A stretch of 64,000 nt of DNA. It comes from Candidatus Aldehydirespiratoraceae bacterium. GTDB taxonomy: Bacteria > Actinomycetota > Acidimicrobiia > Acidimicrobiales > Aldehydirespiratoraceae. The translations under genes and the position numbers were made by a program. Location of the stretch: assembly GCA_965205465.1 (NCBI GenBank), contig OZ242187.1, forward strand, positions 2,454,244 through 2,518,243, written 5' to 3'. This document shows positions 35,192 to 45,237 of this stretch, one piece after another; within the stretch, counting starts at the first letter, position 1, and every line of letters begins with the position of its first letter. The notes beneath the pieces were generated by a model. It was not told the origin of the DNA. It saw only the letters and a list, made by a program, of their open reading frames with translations, and searched no databases.

Positions 35192-35731
35192 TCAGGTACT
35201 GAGTAGCGCGGCGAGGCGGTCGAACCGGTGGTCTTCGTCACCTGTGATCCGTCCGACCCAGCGCAGCGCCTCTGCGGTGTCGATGTGGGTTCCGAGCGCG
35301 ATCATGGCTTCGATGTCGATCCAGTCCTTGGGTCGATCGAACACCGCCTTGCAGACGCTGAGGTGGGTGGCGGAGAGCACGCGAATCGTGTGATCGGCGA
35401 AAGGCACAGTGACGGTTGCGGCTTCCGCGGCGGCGTGAAAGGGGTCGTAGGAGAAGAAGAGGTCGATTGGTGTGTCGTCCCACATGTTCCGCGCCTGGCC
35501 GTCGCGGGCCAGCGTCTCGGCGACGGTGTCGGTGTCGACTCCGAGTTGGCTGAGTGGCTCGAATACCTCTGCGGCTCGCTCTACGGATACGAAAACGTTC
35601 ACATCGATGTCGATCGTGGCTCTCGGCTCGGCGTGATAGGCGAGCGAGATCGCACCACCGAAAGCGTGTGGTATTGCTGTCAGGGCACGATCAATTGCGA
35701 GGATCTTGTCGGGCAGCGACAAGCGGGTCAC
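35192..35731 (-). CDS. Nucleotidyltransferase-fold protein (toxin-like)
   Basis: IPHAFGGAISLAYHAEPRATIDIDVNVF (GG...T-x-D-x-D). Start uncertain (GTG ~35731). Abuts the upstream HTH gene. Confidence 0.45.
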   Translation of the reverse strand: MTRLSLPDKILAIDRALTAIPHAFGGAISLAYHAEPRATIDIDVNVFVSVERAAEVFEPLSQLGVDTDTVAETLARDGQARNMWDDTPIDLFFSYDPFHAAAEAATVTVPFADHTIRVLSATHLSVCKAVFDRPKDWIDIEAMIALGTHIDTAEALRWVGRITGDEDHRFDRLAALLST

Positions 35732-36054
35732 GACGAGTCGATTCGGGGATAGACGAGTGAGGCGCGTCTGTGATGTCCGACGGCGTCGGCAAGGAGGAGC
35801 ACATCCACGAGTCGGCTGGCGTGCTCTTCGGGGCATGACGGTGGGGGGATGTCTGGTGGCTGGGATGCGAGTTGGAGTTCTAAACGGTCGCCCGCTGCTG
35901 TGATGAGCCGTCGCAGTGTGCGAGTCGTAGGGTCTCGCCGCCCATGCTCGTAGGCGGAGATCACCGGTTGGCTGGTGCCGGCGCGTGCAGCCAGCACCGC
36001 CTGACTCAGACCGTGACGCTGCCGCGCCGCTCGAAGGAGTTCTGCCGGTTCCAT
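35728..36054 (-). CDS. XRE-family HTH protein (antitoxin-like)
   Basis: MEPAELLRAARQRHGLSQAVLAARAGTSQPVISAYEHGRRDPT. Start taken at M15 of the track ORF. Confidence 0.6.
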   Translation of the reverse strand: MEPAELLRAARQRHGLSQAVLAARAGTSQPVISAYEHGRRDPTTRTLRRLITAAGDRLELQLASQPPDIPPPSCPEEHASRLVDVLLLADAVGHHRRASLVYPRIDSS

Positions 36055-36220
36055 AATTAACAGCATAATATATCGCTTTGTATATGTCAGCCCCACAGCA
36101 GCTAGTTCAGCATGCGTTGCTGAGGCGCAGATCTCGGACTAAGTTATGCGTGTTCAACTGGCAGATGAGGTCGACCGGTGGCTGGTTACGAGTCACGGTT
36201 GACCTAGGAGGACTGACATC

Positions 36221-37378
36221 ATGACTGGTGGAGATGCCACAATGCGGGCGTACGGGGGGCAGCAGCCGGTCCCGACGTTCGACGACCCAGCGTTCAGGAA
36301 ACTCAACAAGCCTCTTGCCGAAGCCCGTGTTGCGATCGTGACCTCGGCAGCGCTGCACCGGCCCGATCAGGATCGCTTCGCTGTGGTTGACACAGGCTTT
36401 CGGACGCTTGACCGTGCTGACCGCAACATCGTCCTGGGCCACTGGAGTCCCAACTTCGACCACACAGGCTTTCAACTCGACCTCAATGTCGTGTATCCGA
36501 TCGACCGGTTGGAGGAATTGGCCGCTCAGGGTGTCATCGGTGATGTCGCGCCACGGCATTTCGCCTTTGCCGGCAACCAACCTGAGACAGTCAGCGAACT
36601 GCGTCTCGACACAGGCCCCGCATGTGCGAAGGAGCTGTTGGCCGATGCGGTCGATGTGGTGGTGCTGACGCCGGTTTGACCGGAGTGCACGCGTACCGTG
36701 AGTGCGCTCGCCCATGTCTTCGAAGCCGCTGGTTTGTCGACCATTGTGCTCGCTTCGATGAAGGAGGTAGCCGAGCGGATGATGCCCCCGCGCACGCTCT
36801 ACTGCGAGTTCCCGCTGGGCCGTCCGCTGGGGCGTCCCGACGACGTTGAGTTGCAGCTTGATGTCTTGAACCGCGCCTTGGCATTGCTCGACTCGAACGA
36901 ACCTGTACTCGAGACTCATCCGCTGGTGATCGAATCCGAGGAAACACCTATGGCGTGCTCGATCCCACCGCGCTTCGATGCAACGCTTCCGCCCGCGGTT
37001 GATGAAGCCCAGGGTCTGAGAGCGGCCTATGACCGGTCATTCGACGCCCGGGGTGTCACCTCGGTCGGCCGCGCCATCGACGCCGACACAGTTGTCGATG
37101 CACTCGACGTCCTGGCTCAGTGGGCCAAAGGTTCGTCGTGGAAGGAAACTCCGCTACCGGGCAAGAACACGATCGCGGTCTGTCACGACATACGGGCCTA
37201 CTACACCGAAGCAGCCCTAGAGCTGGCGACAGGGCCGGCGCCAGGGGGGCGTGCGGTCGAAGCCTGGTTCTACACCGAGACCGAAGCTGGCAAGACCTTG
37301 ATGGCGGCGCGCACACAACTGAAGGAGCAGGACGCACCGTTCCCGTTCTGGTTCTACATGGCCCCCGCCCACCGCTAG
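36221..37378 (+). CDS. GrdB/PrdB-family (glycine/sarcosine/betaine/D-proline reductase component B-like) protein with in-frame TGA, probable selenocysteine
   Basis: Track ORFs 36221..36679 and 36698..37378 are in the same frame, separated only by TGA 36677-36679. Read-through gives VVVLTPV-U-PECTRTVSALAHVFEAAGLSTIVL. U-x-x-C-T-R matches the GrdB redox motif as I recall it. RBS AGGAGGA lies 8 nt before ATG 36221. Confidence 0.65.
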
Positions 37379-37388
37379 CCTGGTTGGG

Positions 37389-38612
37389 TTGACTGAGCCG
37401 ACAATTACAGTTCGTCTGGGGCATCCAGACTTCTTGGATCTCGCCTGGGAGCAGTCCGTCGTCGATTGGGACAGTCCTCGGCTGGTGACGCTGCCGAAGG
37501 GGATCTCGCGTCACGAGGTCAGGTTCGTCGCCTACGACGAAGGACTGTATGCGATCAAGGAACTGCCCCACAAAGCGGCGCGCAACGACTACCAGGTGCT
37601 TCGCGCGCTTGAGCGGCTGGAGGGACCGTCGGTCAGTGCGGTGGGTCTGGTTGAGGACCGCTCAGATGACCCTGGAGCGGAACGTTCGGCTGCTCTGATA
37701 ACGAGATATGTCGACTTCTCGTTTTCATACCGGGAGTTGCTCGAAGGAACTGGTTTCGGTGAACGGCGCCGACAGATGCTGGCTGCTTTCGCCGGGCTGC
37801 TCGTCGAATTGCATCTGGCCGGTTGCTTCTGGGGTGACTGTTCGCTGTCGAACGTTCTCTTCAAGTACGACGCAATGGCTATCGAGGCTCTGATGGTTGA
37901 TGCCGAAACCGCCGAACTGCACCCCGAACTCAGCGACGGTCAACGCCTCCACGACATCGACATCATGACAATCAACGTGGCAGGTGGTATGGCCGACATA
38001 GCGGCTTCACGAGGGGTTGGTATTGATGACGCTGATACCGACCTTGGCGAAGAGATAGCTCGTTGGTACGAATGGCTGTGGGACGAGACAACCAGTGAGA
38101 CCGTGATCGGCACAGACGAGCGCTATCGCATCACCGAACGGATTCGGCACCTCAACGAACTCGGATTCACGGTCGACGAAGTCGACCTCACCTCCACCGA
38201 TGGAGGCACCCGGCTGCGGATGCGGCCAAGCGTCGGCCCCCGGAACCACAACACGCGTCGCTTGCGGGAGATCACAGGAATAGAGGCGTCGGAGTGGCAG
38301 GCACGGCACCTGCTCAGCGACATCTATCACTTCTCAGCAGGCCGCAGCAGCGAGAAGAGCGGTGATCTGGTGTTGGCTGCGATCCGCTGGCGAGCCGAAC
38401 GGTGGGAGCCGGCAATCCGCCGAATCCAAGCTCAGGCGGGAGATGACAATGTCCTGCAGGGATACTGCGACTTCCTGAATTATCGCTATGAGGCATCGAG
38501 TAGCGCCGGCGCCGACCTGGGCCAAGAAGCCGCCTTCGACGGATGGCTCGCAGCCGGTCGCCCGGGTTTCCGCCCCGAACCCGAAGCTTCACCGACAAGG
38601 ACCGACATTTAA
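37389..38612 (+). CDS. DUF4032 protein (Kdo/RIO-like kinase fold)
   Basis: ISRHEVRFV...YAIKELP...LITRYVDFSFSYREL...LHLAGCFWGDCSLSNVLF...VDAETAELHPELSDGQRLHD. Confidence 0.6.
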   Translation: MTEPTITVRLGHPDFLDLAWEQSVVDWDSPRLVTLPKGISRHEVRFVAYDEGLYAIKELPHKAARNDYQVLRALERLEGPSVSAVGLVEDRSDDPGAERSAALITRYVDFSFSYRELLEGTGFGERRRQMLAAFAGLLVELHLAGCFWGDCSLSNVLFKYDAMAIEALMVDAETAELHPELSDGQRLHDIDIMTINVAGGMADIAASRGVGIDDADTDLGEEIARWYEWLWDETTSETVIGTDERYRITERIRHLNELGFTVDEVDLTSTDGGTRLRMRPSVGPRNHNTRRLREITGIEASEWQARHLLSDIYHFSAGRSSEKSGDLVLAAIRWRAERWEPAIRRIQAQAGDDNVLQGYCDFLNYRYEASSSAGADLGQEAAFDGWLAAGRPGFRPEPEASPTRTDI

Positions 38613-38650
38613 CGTACAAATTGCTGTTCAGGAGTTGTACACTTACCGTT

Positions 38651-38914
38651 ATGGATGTAGCGGTCACTGATTTTCGAGCCCATTTGAGGCACTGGTTGGA
38701 TCAGGTGAGAGACGGTGAAGAGGTTGTGGTCACCGAGAGAGGAATCCCGGTGGCAAAGATCATCGGACTGGAGACCACCGCGATAATCGAGTCACTGGTC
38801 CAGCAGGGAAAAATCTCCAAGCCCTCTTCTCAAAACCGGCCCGTGGCAACCGGTCGCGCGCGGCAGCGGTCCCGCCAGTCGGTCTCAGAGGTGGTTTCCG
38901 AGCAGCGGAACTGA
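38651..38914 (+). CDS. Phd/YefM-family antitoxin
   Basis: MDVAVTDFRAHLRHWLDQVRDGEEVVVTERGIPVAKII. ATG 38651; 4-nt gap to the PIN gene. Confidence 0.8.
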   Translation: MDVAVTDFRAHLRHWLDQVRDGEEVVVTERGIPVAKIIGLETTAIIESLVQQGKISKPSSQNRPVATGRARQRSRQSVSEVVSEQRN

Positions 38915-38918
38915 TCGC

Positions 38919-39356
38919 TTGGCCATCGTCTATTTCGACTCCAGCGCGCTTGTCAAGCTGCTGGTTGAGGAGTCTGGGAGCGATATTGTTGCCGCTCTCT
39001 GGGACGGGTGCGATGCTGCGGTCTCAAGCCGTCTCGCCTATCCAGAGGTGTGCGCAGCATTGGCCGCGGCTGGACGCAACCACGACTTGGACCAGGCCAG
39101 TCTTACTCGCTGCGAACAAGACTGGGAGCACTATTGGGCGGCGATTCGCCCCGTTGAACTCACTCACCCTGTGCAGATGGCGGCTGGTCGGCTGGCCAAG
39201 CAACACAGCCTTCGCGGAGCCGACGCGATCCACCTCGCCAGCGCTTTGGCACTAGGTACTGCGGATGTGGTGGTGGCTGTGTGGGACCTGAGGCTCCATG
39301 CCGGAGTAGTATCGGAGGCTCTGGCAGTGTCTCCGCCCAGTTTGGAAACGACATGA
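38919..39356 (+). CDS. vapC: PIN-domain ribonuclease toxin VapC
   Basis: IVYFDSSALVKLL.EE ... LRGADAIHLASAL carries the PIN acidic residues. Confidence 0.8.
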   Translation: MAIVYFDSSALVKLLVEESGSDIVAALWDGCDAAVSSRLAYPEVCAALAAAGRNHDLDQASLTRCEQDWEHYWAAIRPVELTHPVQMAAGRLAKQHSLRGADAIHLASALALGTADVVVAVWDLRLHAGVVSEALAVSPPSLETT

Positions 39357-40321
39357 AGGCGATCGAGATCCAAGGTGACCGACTGGTGTGGAGCGACACA
39401 CTGAGTCCGTCGTTGGGGGATGGGGAGGTCCGCATCGAGGTCAAAGCCAGCGCCGTGAATCGGGCTGATTTGGCGCAACGAGCGGGCGTCTATCCAGCGC
39501 CGCCGGGTGCCAGTCCGATTCTCGGACTGGAGTGTTCGGGCGTGGTGTCCGAGATCGCCCCAGGTGTGTCCGGCTTTGAGATCGGCGATGAAGTTTGTGC
39601 CCTTCTCGCCGGAGGCGGTTATGCCGAAGAAGTCGTAGTCCCGGCCCCGCAGGTTGTCCCGGTCCCTGCCGGTTTGTCGTTCGTTGAAGCCGCCGCTCTG
39701 CCCGAGGTCTTCGCCACCGCGTATCTGAATCTCTACACCGAAGCTGCCTTGGCTCCCGGCGAACGAGTGCTGTTGCATGCCGGAGCGAGTGGTGTGGGCA
39801 CCGCCGCTATTCAATTGTGCAGGGCCTTCGGCAACCCCGTTTTCGTAACGGCTGGTACCGATGACAAGATCGAGCGCTGCGTAACGCTGGGGGCGTCCCG
39901 AGGCTGCAATCGACATTCTGGGAGCTTCGTCGATCACGTTGAGAGCTGGACCGATGGCAACGGCTTCGACGTAATCCTCGATCCGGTGGGTGCCAGCTAT
40001 CTCAACGACAACATCAGAAGTCTCGCCATCGACGGTCGGCTGGTGCTGATCGGCTTGATGGGCGGCGCCAACGTAGAAATCTCGCTTGGGCTGTTGATGA
40101 TGAAACGACTGCGAGTGATCGGTTCAACACTGCGAGCCAGGCCGGTGGCTGCGAAAGCTGTGATCATGTCGGCGCTTCGCGAACGGGTCTGGCCGCCTAT
40201 CGAATCGGGTGAGATCGGTCCCATCATCGACGAGGTGATCCCCATTGCCGAGACCGAGCGGGCTCACGAACTGGTCGAATCCAACGAAACTTTCGGCAAA
40301 GTCGTCCTCAAAGTCGACTGA
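39353..40321 (+). CDS. NAD(P)H:quinone oxidoreductase (MDR/zeta-crystallin family)
   Basis: MKAIEI...VRIEVKASAVNRADLAQRAG.YP...GLECSG.V...LHAGASGVGTAAIQL. ATG 39353 overlaps the vapC stop (ATGA). Confidence 0.8.
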   Translation: MKAIEIQGDRLVWSDTLSPSLGDGEVRIEVKASAVNRADLAQRAGVYPAPPGASPILGLECSGVVSEIAPGVSGFEIGDEVCALLAGGGYAEEVVVPAPQVVPVPAGLSFVEAAALPEVFATAYLNLYTEAALAPGERVLLHAGASGVGTAAIQLCRAFGNPVFVTAGTDDKIERCVTLGASRGCNRHSGSFVDHVESWTDGNGFDVILDPVGASYLNDNIRSLAIDGRLVLIGLMGGANVEISLGLLMMKRLRVIGSTLRARPVAAKAVIMSALRERVWPPIESGEIGPIIDEVIPIAETERAHELVESNETFGKVVLKVD

Positions 40322-40396
40322 TCAAGCCAAGCACCGCCCCGGTTAATCGCTGGTTCGGCTTTTAAGGTTGGGTCGGGCCGCTCGGTCACTGCGGAC

Positions 40397-41488
40397 TCAC
40401 ACCAACTGGGTCTCGCGCAGCGAATCCGACATCGAGACGATGTACCCGATCGCCGGGTCGGCCTGGCCCTCTAGGAGGTTCTGATAGACGGCGATGATCT
40501 CATTGGGGCCGGTTCGATGAGCGACAGTGAGCCAGCGGTCCGTTGTGTCTAGGAGACTGTGGAACGAACGGGCGATGCGCGAGGTCAACTCAGCTGCCCC
40601 CCACTCTTGGTTCCGCTTCGTTACCTGGCCCGGAGCGAAAAAAAACTCGGGCTTTGGTCCCGTAAGATCCTCAGCCGAGCCGCCCGGATCCTCCGAGTGA
40701 GTGGCCCCGACCGTCAGCGAGCAGGCAAGGTTGTCCGCGAAGTGCGTGTGTACCGCCGAGCGGACCGTGCCGCTGCCGGCGGTGTCGACCAGACACGAGG
40801 TGATTGAGGCGTCAAGGTGGCCGATCTCGTCGTAGGTGATCACCTGCGGATACATGCCGAGGCTCTCGACGAACCTACGGTTGCGGGACGACGTGAGTCC
40901 GACGCAGTTGTGGCCGCGGCGGGCCAGACAGTCAGCGAGGCAGATCGAGGTCTTTGACGAGGCGCTGGTGACGAGGGTCTGGGAAGCACCGTGGAATTCA
41001 TGATCGGCGAGGTAGTCGTCAATGAGGAACGAAGTCATGAACAGACCGCGCAGCAGCAGATACTCATCGACTTGGTCGCACCGAAACGTCGGGTCGCTGT
41101 CGACATCGTTGAAGTCGGTGTAGGTGCTGGCGTGGTTGGCGCGATGCGCGCCGATATCGCGGAACCCGCTTCGTCGCGGCTGAGCGTTGATGACAAGTTG
41201 GTCAGACATGGGGTAGAAGCCGAAGAACCGCCCGCCGAGGGGTATTTCAGGGTTGGCCGTTTCGACCACCGAGCCGAGTCCCATGGCCGGGAGTCGTCCC
41301 CAAGGGGTTTCAGTGGGGAAGAACCCCCAGTAGTCGAGCATGTCGCCGGCCACTGCGTAGGTGACGTTGTTGGTGGTGAATGCGAACCGTTCGACGGCGA
41401 GGCGAATCTGGCCTTCTGCTAGTTCTGCCGCGGGTTTGTCGATGATCCGGGTGTCTCTGAAATTCTCGCGGGTGACCTCGAAATCCAT
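40397..41488 (-). CDS. DUF2855 family protein
   Basis: VERFAFTTNNVTYAVAGDMLDYWGFFP...GRFFGFYPMSDQL matches my recollection of DUF2855. Confidence 0.5.
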   Translation of the reverse strand: MDFEVTRENFRDTRIIDKPAAELAEGQIRLAVERFAFTTNNVTYAVAGDMLDYWGFFPTETPWGRLPAMGLGSVVETANPEIPLGGRFFGFYPMSDQLVINAQPRRSGFRDIGAHRANHASTYTDFNDVDSDPTFRCDQVDEYLLLRGLFMTSFLIDDYLADHEFHGASQTLVTSASSKTSICLADCLARRGHNCVGLTSSRNRRFVESLGMYPQVITYDEIGHLDASITSCLVDTAGSGTVRSAVHTHFADNLACSLTVGATHSEDPGGSAEDLTGPKPEFFFAPGQVTKRNQEWGAAELTSRIARSFHSLLDTTDRWLTVAHRTGPNEIIAVYQNLLEGQADPAIGYIVSMSDSLRETQLV

Positions 41489-41589
41489 GGGCGGATCCTA
41501 ACAACTGAGCGCAACTATTGCCAGTCTGAGACGCAATACAGTAGGTTGAAACGGTATTTCAAAGTCGATACAGGATACTCAGACCGACC

Positions 41590-42555
41590 ATGCACATTCT
41601 TCAAACACCAGATGACGCAGCCGACCACTTGGTCGACTATCCGGGAAACCGTCGCTACGTGTCAGTCCCGGCTGGCGACGGGCAAGACCTGAGAATCCAT
41701 ATGGTCGATGCCGGTGACCGATCCGCTCCAGCGGTGGTGTTCCTCCATGGCAACCCCTCGTGGTCGTACCTGTGGCGGCACCAGATCGCGGCAGCGGTTG
41801 ACGCCGGGTACCGTGCGATCGCTCCAGATCTGGTTGGGATGGGTCTGTCCGACAAACCGTCTGAGATGTCCGACTACAGCGTCGCACGCCATGTCGGCTG
41901 GATGCGCGCGGTGTTGTTCGACCAGCTCGGCCTCACCGATATCTCATTCGTGCTACATGACTGGGGTGGGATAATCGGCATGCGCCTCACCGCTGAGCAG
42001 CCCGAACGAGTCGGGCGCATGGTCATCTCCAACACCGGACTGCCGTGGCGTGACGTTACTGTACCGTTGCCCGAAGTCATCGAAGCTTCGGGTCCGCTGG
42101 CCGACTTCCAGGCATTCGCGGCGGAAGCCCCGAAGTGGGAGCCTTGGACTCTGCTTGGAATGGTCATGCTCTCCCAACCTGGGCCCGAACTCGAATCGGC
42201 CTACCAAACGCCATACCCGGAGCAGAATCTGACGGTCGGCAGTCGCGCCTTCACACAGTTGTTACCGACCCGCGCCGACAATCCGATGTACCCCGACAAC
42301 TATGAGGCCTGGAAGGTTCTCGACACCTTCACCAAGCCTGTGCTCACTATCTTCAGCGACAAGGATCCGGTGGCCCCCGACGGGTGGAAACCGATTGTTG
42401 ACCGCATCCCTGGAGCCAACGGCCAACCCCACACGATCCTTGAGGGAGGTGGCCACTTTGTCCAAGAAGACCTGCCGGAGCAGTACACAGAGACACTGAT
42501 GGGTTGGTTGGGAGACGCAGGTGAGCGTCCGCTTGCTACGGTCGTGGCGCGATGA
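41590..42555 (+). CDS. Haloalkane dehalogenase (alpha/beta hydrolase)
   Basis: VVFLHGNPSWSYLWRHQI and nucleophile motif VLHDWGG, plus C-terminal GGGHFVQED. Confidence 0.8.
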   Translation: MHILQTPDDAADHLVDYPGNRRYVSVPAGDGQDLRIHMVDAGDRSAPAVVFLHGNPSWSYLWRHQIAAAVDAGYRAIAPDLVGMGLSDKPSEMSDYSVARHVGWMRAVLFDQLGLTDISFVLHDWGGIIGMRLTAEQPERVGRMVISNTGLPWRDVTVPLPEVIEASGPLADFQAFAAEAPKWEPWTLLGMVMLSQPGPELESAYQTPYPEQNLTVGSRAFTQLLPTRADNPMYPDNYEAWKVLDTFTKPVLTIFSDKDPVAPDGWKPIVDRIPGANGQPHTILEGGGHFVQEDLPEQYTETLMGWLGDAGERPLATVVAR

Positions 42556-43157
42556 CAGACAGCGGTGAAATCCAGACCCCGATCGACGGGCGTGCCGTTC
42601 GACGGGAACGCAACATAGACAATGTGCTCGACGTGGTGATTGAGATGTTTGCCGAAGAGTCGCTGTTCCCCACCATCGAGCAAGCCGCGAAACGGTCCGG
42701 GCTGTCGTTGCGCTCGCTGTATCGGTATTTCGCTGACCCAGGAGAGTTGCTTGAAGCAGTCATTAAACGCAACCGCGAGGTCTCAGCTGATGATGCCCAT
42801 CTTTCGTCGATCGGCCAGGGACCGCTTCCCGCTCGGGTCGATGATTTCATAGCGATGCGGATGCGCCTCCACGAGAGGATTGGCCCGGTGTATCGAGCGA
42901 CGGTCGCCAACGCCGCGCTGAATTCACGCATCCGCGACGAACTGGCCGCGACCCGCAACGATTTCCGTGCTCAATTCGAGCTTCAGTTCGCCCCCGAATT
43001 GAATGAACGCAGGCGGTCTGATCGAGTGGCTGTGCTGTCCGCCGGAGACGTGATCACTCAACTCGAATCGATCGATTTTCTCCGCCGTCACCGTCAACTG
43101 ACCGTCGCTGAGACTGAGGACTCGCTGCGCATCGTGCTGTTGGCAATACTCGTGTAG
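42552..43157 (+). CDS. TetR-family transcriptional regulator
   Basis: N-terminal HTH TIEQAAKRSGLSLRSLYRYFADPGEL. Start overlaps the dehalogenase stop. Confidence 0.7.
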   Translation: MTDSGEIQTPIDGRAVRRERNIDNVLDVVIEMFAEESLFPTIEQAAKRSGLSLRSLYRYFADPGELLEAVIKRNREVSADDAHLSSIGQGPLPARVDDFIAMRMRLHERIGPVYRATVANAALNSRIRDELAATRNDFRAQFELQFAPELNERRRSDRVAVLSAGDVITQLESIDFLRRHRQLTVAETEDSLRIVLLAILV

Positions 43158-43223
43158 TGCCAGTTAAACTAGCATAATATCGTCCAACTGAGTCGCCAGA
43201 CTCATTCCAGAAGGTCACCACCG

Positions 43224-43748
43224 ATGAACAGTCCGACAAGTCCCACGATTGACTCGATACCCGTAGCCAAGACACCCCCCGGTGGCTGGACCGAATGGCC
43301 GGCCCCGATCCTCGTTGGTTGCCGTGAACCTCGCCCCGAGGGAGCACCGGACCTTGATGGTTACTGGCAGACGATTGAAGTGACGGTCAACGATCAGGTC
43401 GTACCCGACCACCCGTCGGTAGGAGGTGTTACTCGGGTCGAGCAGGCCGGTGATCGACTAGTTGCGATCGGCGGGGGCGTGGTTCACGACATGCGCTGCG
43501 ACGGCACACTCGAAAACGGGGTCCATGATGTGGCCGAGTTCGACAAGAGAACCGAGATCAATGTCGCGGCGAGCTACGAAGACGGTGTGCATGTGCTGCG
43601 CCCTGAGGGGATGAACCTCGAGGTTCGTCGCTGGCGCGAGGGTGAACACCTGATCTGGGACTACGCGCGTTTCGTGGCGCGAATGAAACGTCTCGGGTCA
43701 TCAGATCTCGATCCCAGCGATGTCTTTGCTGCAATCGCCGACGCCTGA
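43224..43748 (+). CDS. Hypothetical protein (paralogous pseudogene at 46471..46960)
   Basis: 174-aa ORF with no recognised motif. Its conservation in a second local copy supports the coding call. Confidence 0.5.
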   Translation: MNSPTSPTIDSIPVAKTPPGGWTEWPAPILVGCREPRPEGAPDLDGYWQTIEVTVNDQVVPDHPSVGGVTRVEQAGDRLVAIGGGVVHDMRCDGTLENGVHDVAEFDKRTEINVAASYEDGVHVLRPEGMNLEVRRWREGEHLIWDYARFVARMKRLGSSDLDPSDVFAAIADA

Positions 43749-43782
43749 TACGAACCATCACTAACCAACGAAGGAGCGACAG

Positions 43783-44244
43783 ATGGAGGTAGTGAACGAA
43801 GTAGTGCCGAGCACCGCGAAACGACTTGAGGAAATGATGCAACCCGGTCCCGAGGGCCCGATCTACATGGTCAACCTCTTGAAGTTCAAGGACCGAGCTG
43901 AGTATGAAGACGGGCGCGAGACTGATCTCAGCGGCTATGACGCGTATCAAATCTATGGACGAGAGGTCTTCAAGTTGTTACCCGAATACGGCGGCAAGTT
44001 CGTGTTTGCCGGTGATGTGACCTTTCTGTCACTCGGCCAGGTCGAGGAACTCTGGGACGAGATCGCGATCGTGATGTACCCGTCGCGGGCAGATCTGGTG
44101 GCAATGTCGTCGTCGCAGGCGTGGCAGGAGATCTCGGTGCATCGCAGCGCGGGACTGGCCGGCCAACTGAACATCGAAACCGTGGCTCAACCAGGATTGC
44201 CGGTTGCGCCCGGTGGCCGACATCTTGCGGGAGTCCTGGCATGA
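43783..44244 (+). CDS. DUF1330-like protein with a chimeric 3' end
   Basis: IYMVNLLKFKDRAEYEDG...IAIVMYPSRADLVAM is DUF1330-like. The last ~30 nt are homologous to the 3' end of the nitronate monooxygenase gene (47828-47885) but are read in another frame. Confidence 0.5.
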   Translation: MEVVNEVVPSTAKRLEEMMQPGPEGPIYMVNLLKFKDRAEYEDGRETDLSGYDAYQIYGREVFKLLPEYGGKFVFAGDVTFLSLGQVEELWDEIAIVMYPSRADLVAMSSSQAWQEISVHRSAGLAGQLNIETVAQPGLPVAPGGRHLAGVLA

Positions 44245-44266
44245 TTGCCAGGCCCGTGTCCGTTCC

Positions 44267-44853
44267 CTAGGTGTGCATTCCGAGGACGTTGTCCTTGGTT
44301 AGTTGGGTGAGGGTGGCCATGGGGGTGTCCCAGTTGAGGGCTCCGTGGGGCCGGTGTTGATTGTAGTGGGTCATGAACATTTGGTGGGGGTCGCTGCGTT
44401 GGGTGTCTGATTCCCAGTCGCGGGCGTAGGCCCATTCCTCGTTGAGGATGCGGTTGAATCGCTCGACTTTGCCGTTGGTCTGGGGCCTGTAGGGCCGGGT
44501 GCGCTTAGGGCTGGTGCGGGTGTCTTTGAGTGCTCGTCGGAAGGTGTCTGAGCGGTAGCACGGTCCGTTGTCGGTGAGCACGCGTTCACAGCCGATCCCC
44601 AACAGCGCGAACCAAGCGGCGGCGCGTCTCCAGAAACCGGCTGCGGTGTCGCCGGTCTCGTTGGTGTGGATCTCTGAGTAGCCGAGGCGGGTGCGGTCGT
44701 CGATGGCTGAGTGCACGTAGCGGTACCCGACCTTGCGTCGGGGCCCGGCCCGGCCGCGGCCGTGTATGCGCCAGCCGCCGCCGTCAGGGATCGCGGGGAG
44801 TTTTTTGACGTCTACATGCACCAGCTCGCCTGGGGTTTCGCGCTGCAGGCCTG
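44267..44853 (-). mobile_element. IS481-family transposase gene remnant (N-terminal HTH region missing)
   Basis: ...PGELVHVDVKKLPAIPDGGGWRIHGR...YVHSAIDDRTR...VLTDNGPCYRS...TRPYRPQTNGKVERFN. The reading frame is closed by TGA just upstream of PGLQRETPGELVH. Confidence 0.75.
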
Positions 44854-45237
44854 GTCACGATGGCAAAGTGTGCGACGCCGACACCCGCCGCCGCATCCCT
44901 TACTCGCAGCGATCCCGACCTGGCGTCGTTTTCCCGAATGCCGGGTGCCTCGGCATCGACGCACCGGATCGATGACATTCGGGCCGTGATTGCCGGCCTT
45001 CGGTTTGGTCGGATCGGCTGCGTATGGCAGATGGAAGCCACCGTCCCAATCGCAGCTCGGGCCGTTGATAACGACCTCGCCGAGGTGAAGCGCAGGTGGC
45101 ATGGGATTCTCGATCGGGCCATGGATCATCGAACAACCGGAGCAAGTGGATAGTCTAGTGAATCGCATTCACGCAGTGGTGAGCGACTCTCAGATCACGA
45201 TCGCGTAGTAGCCTCCAGTCTCGCTCGCGGAACCAGA

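Noticed and set aside
36107-36919. 270-aa minus-strand ORF
   Set aside because: It is antisense to the GrdB-family gene and has no recognisable motif, so it is a shadow ORF.
44855-45190. Minus-strand ORF 44812..45168 as a gene
   Set aside because: About 70 N-terminal residues look protein-like, but I cannot assign a family. The ORF then degenerates into Arg/Cys-rich sequence overlapping the IS481 remnant. It is probably a gene fragment and is left unannotated.
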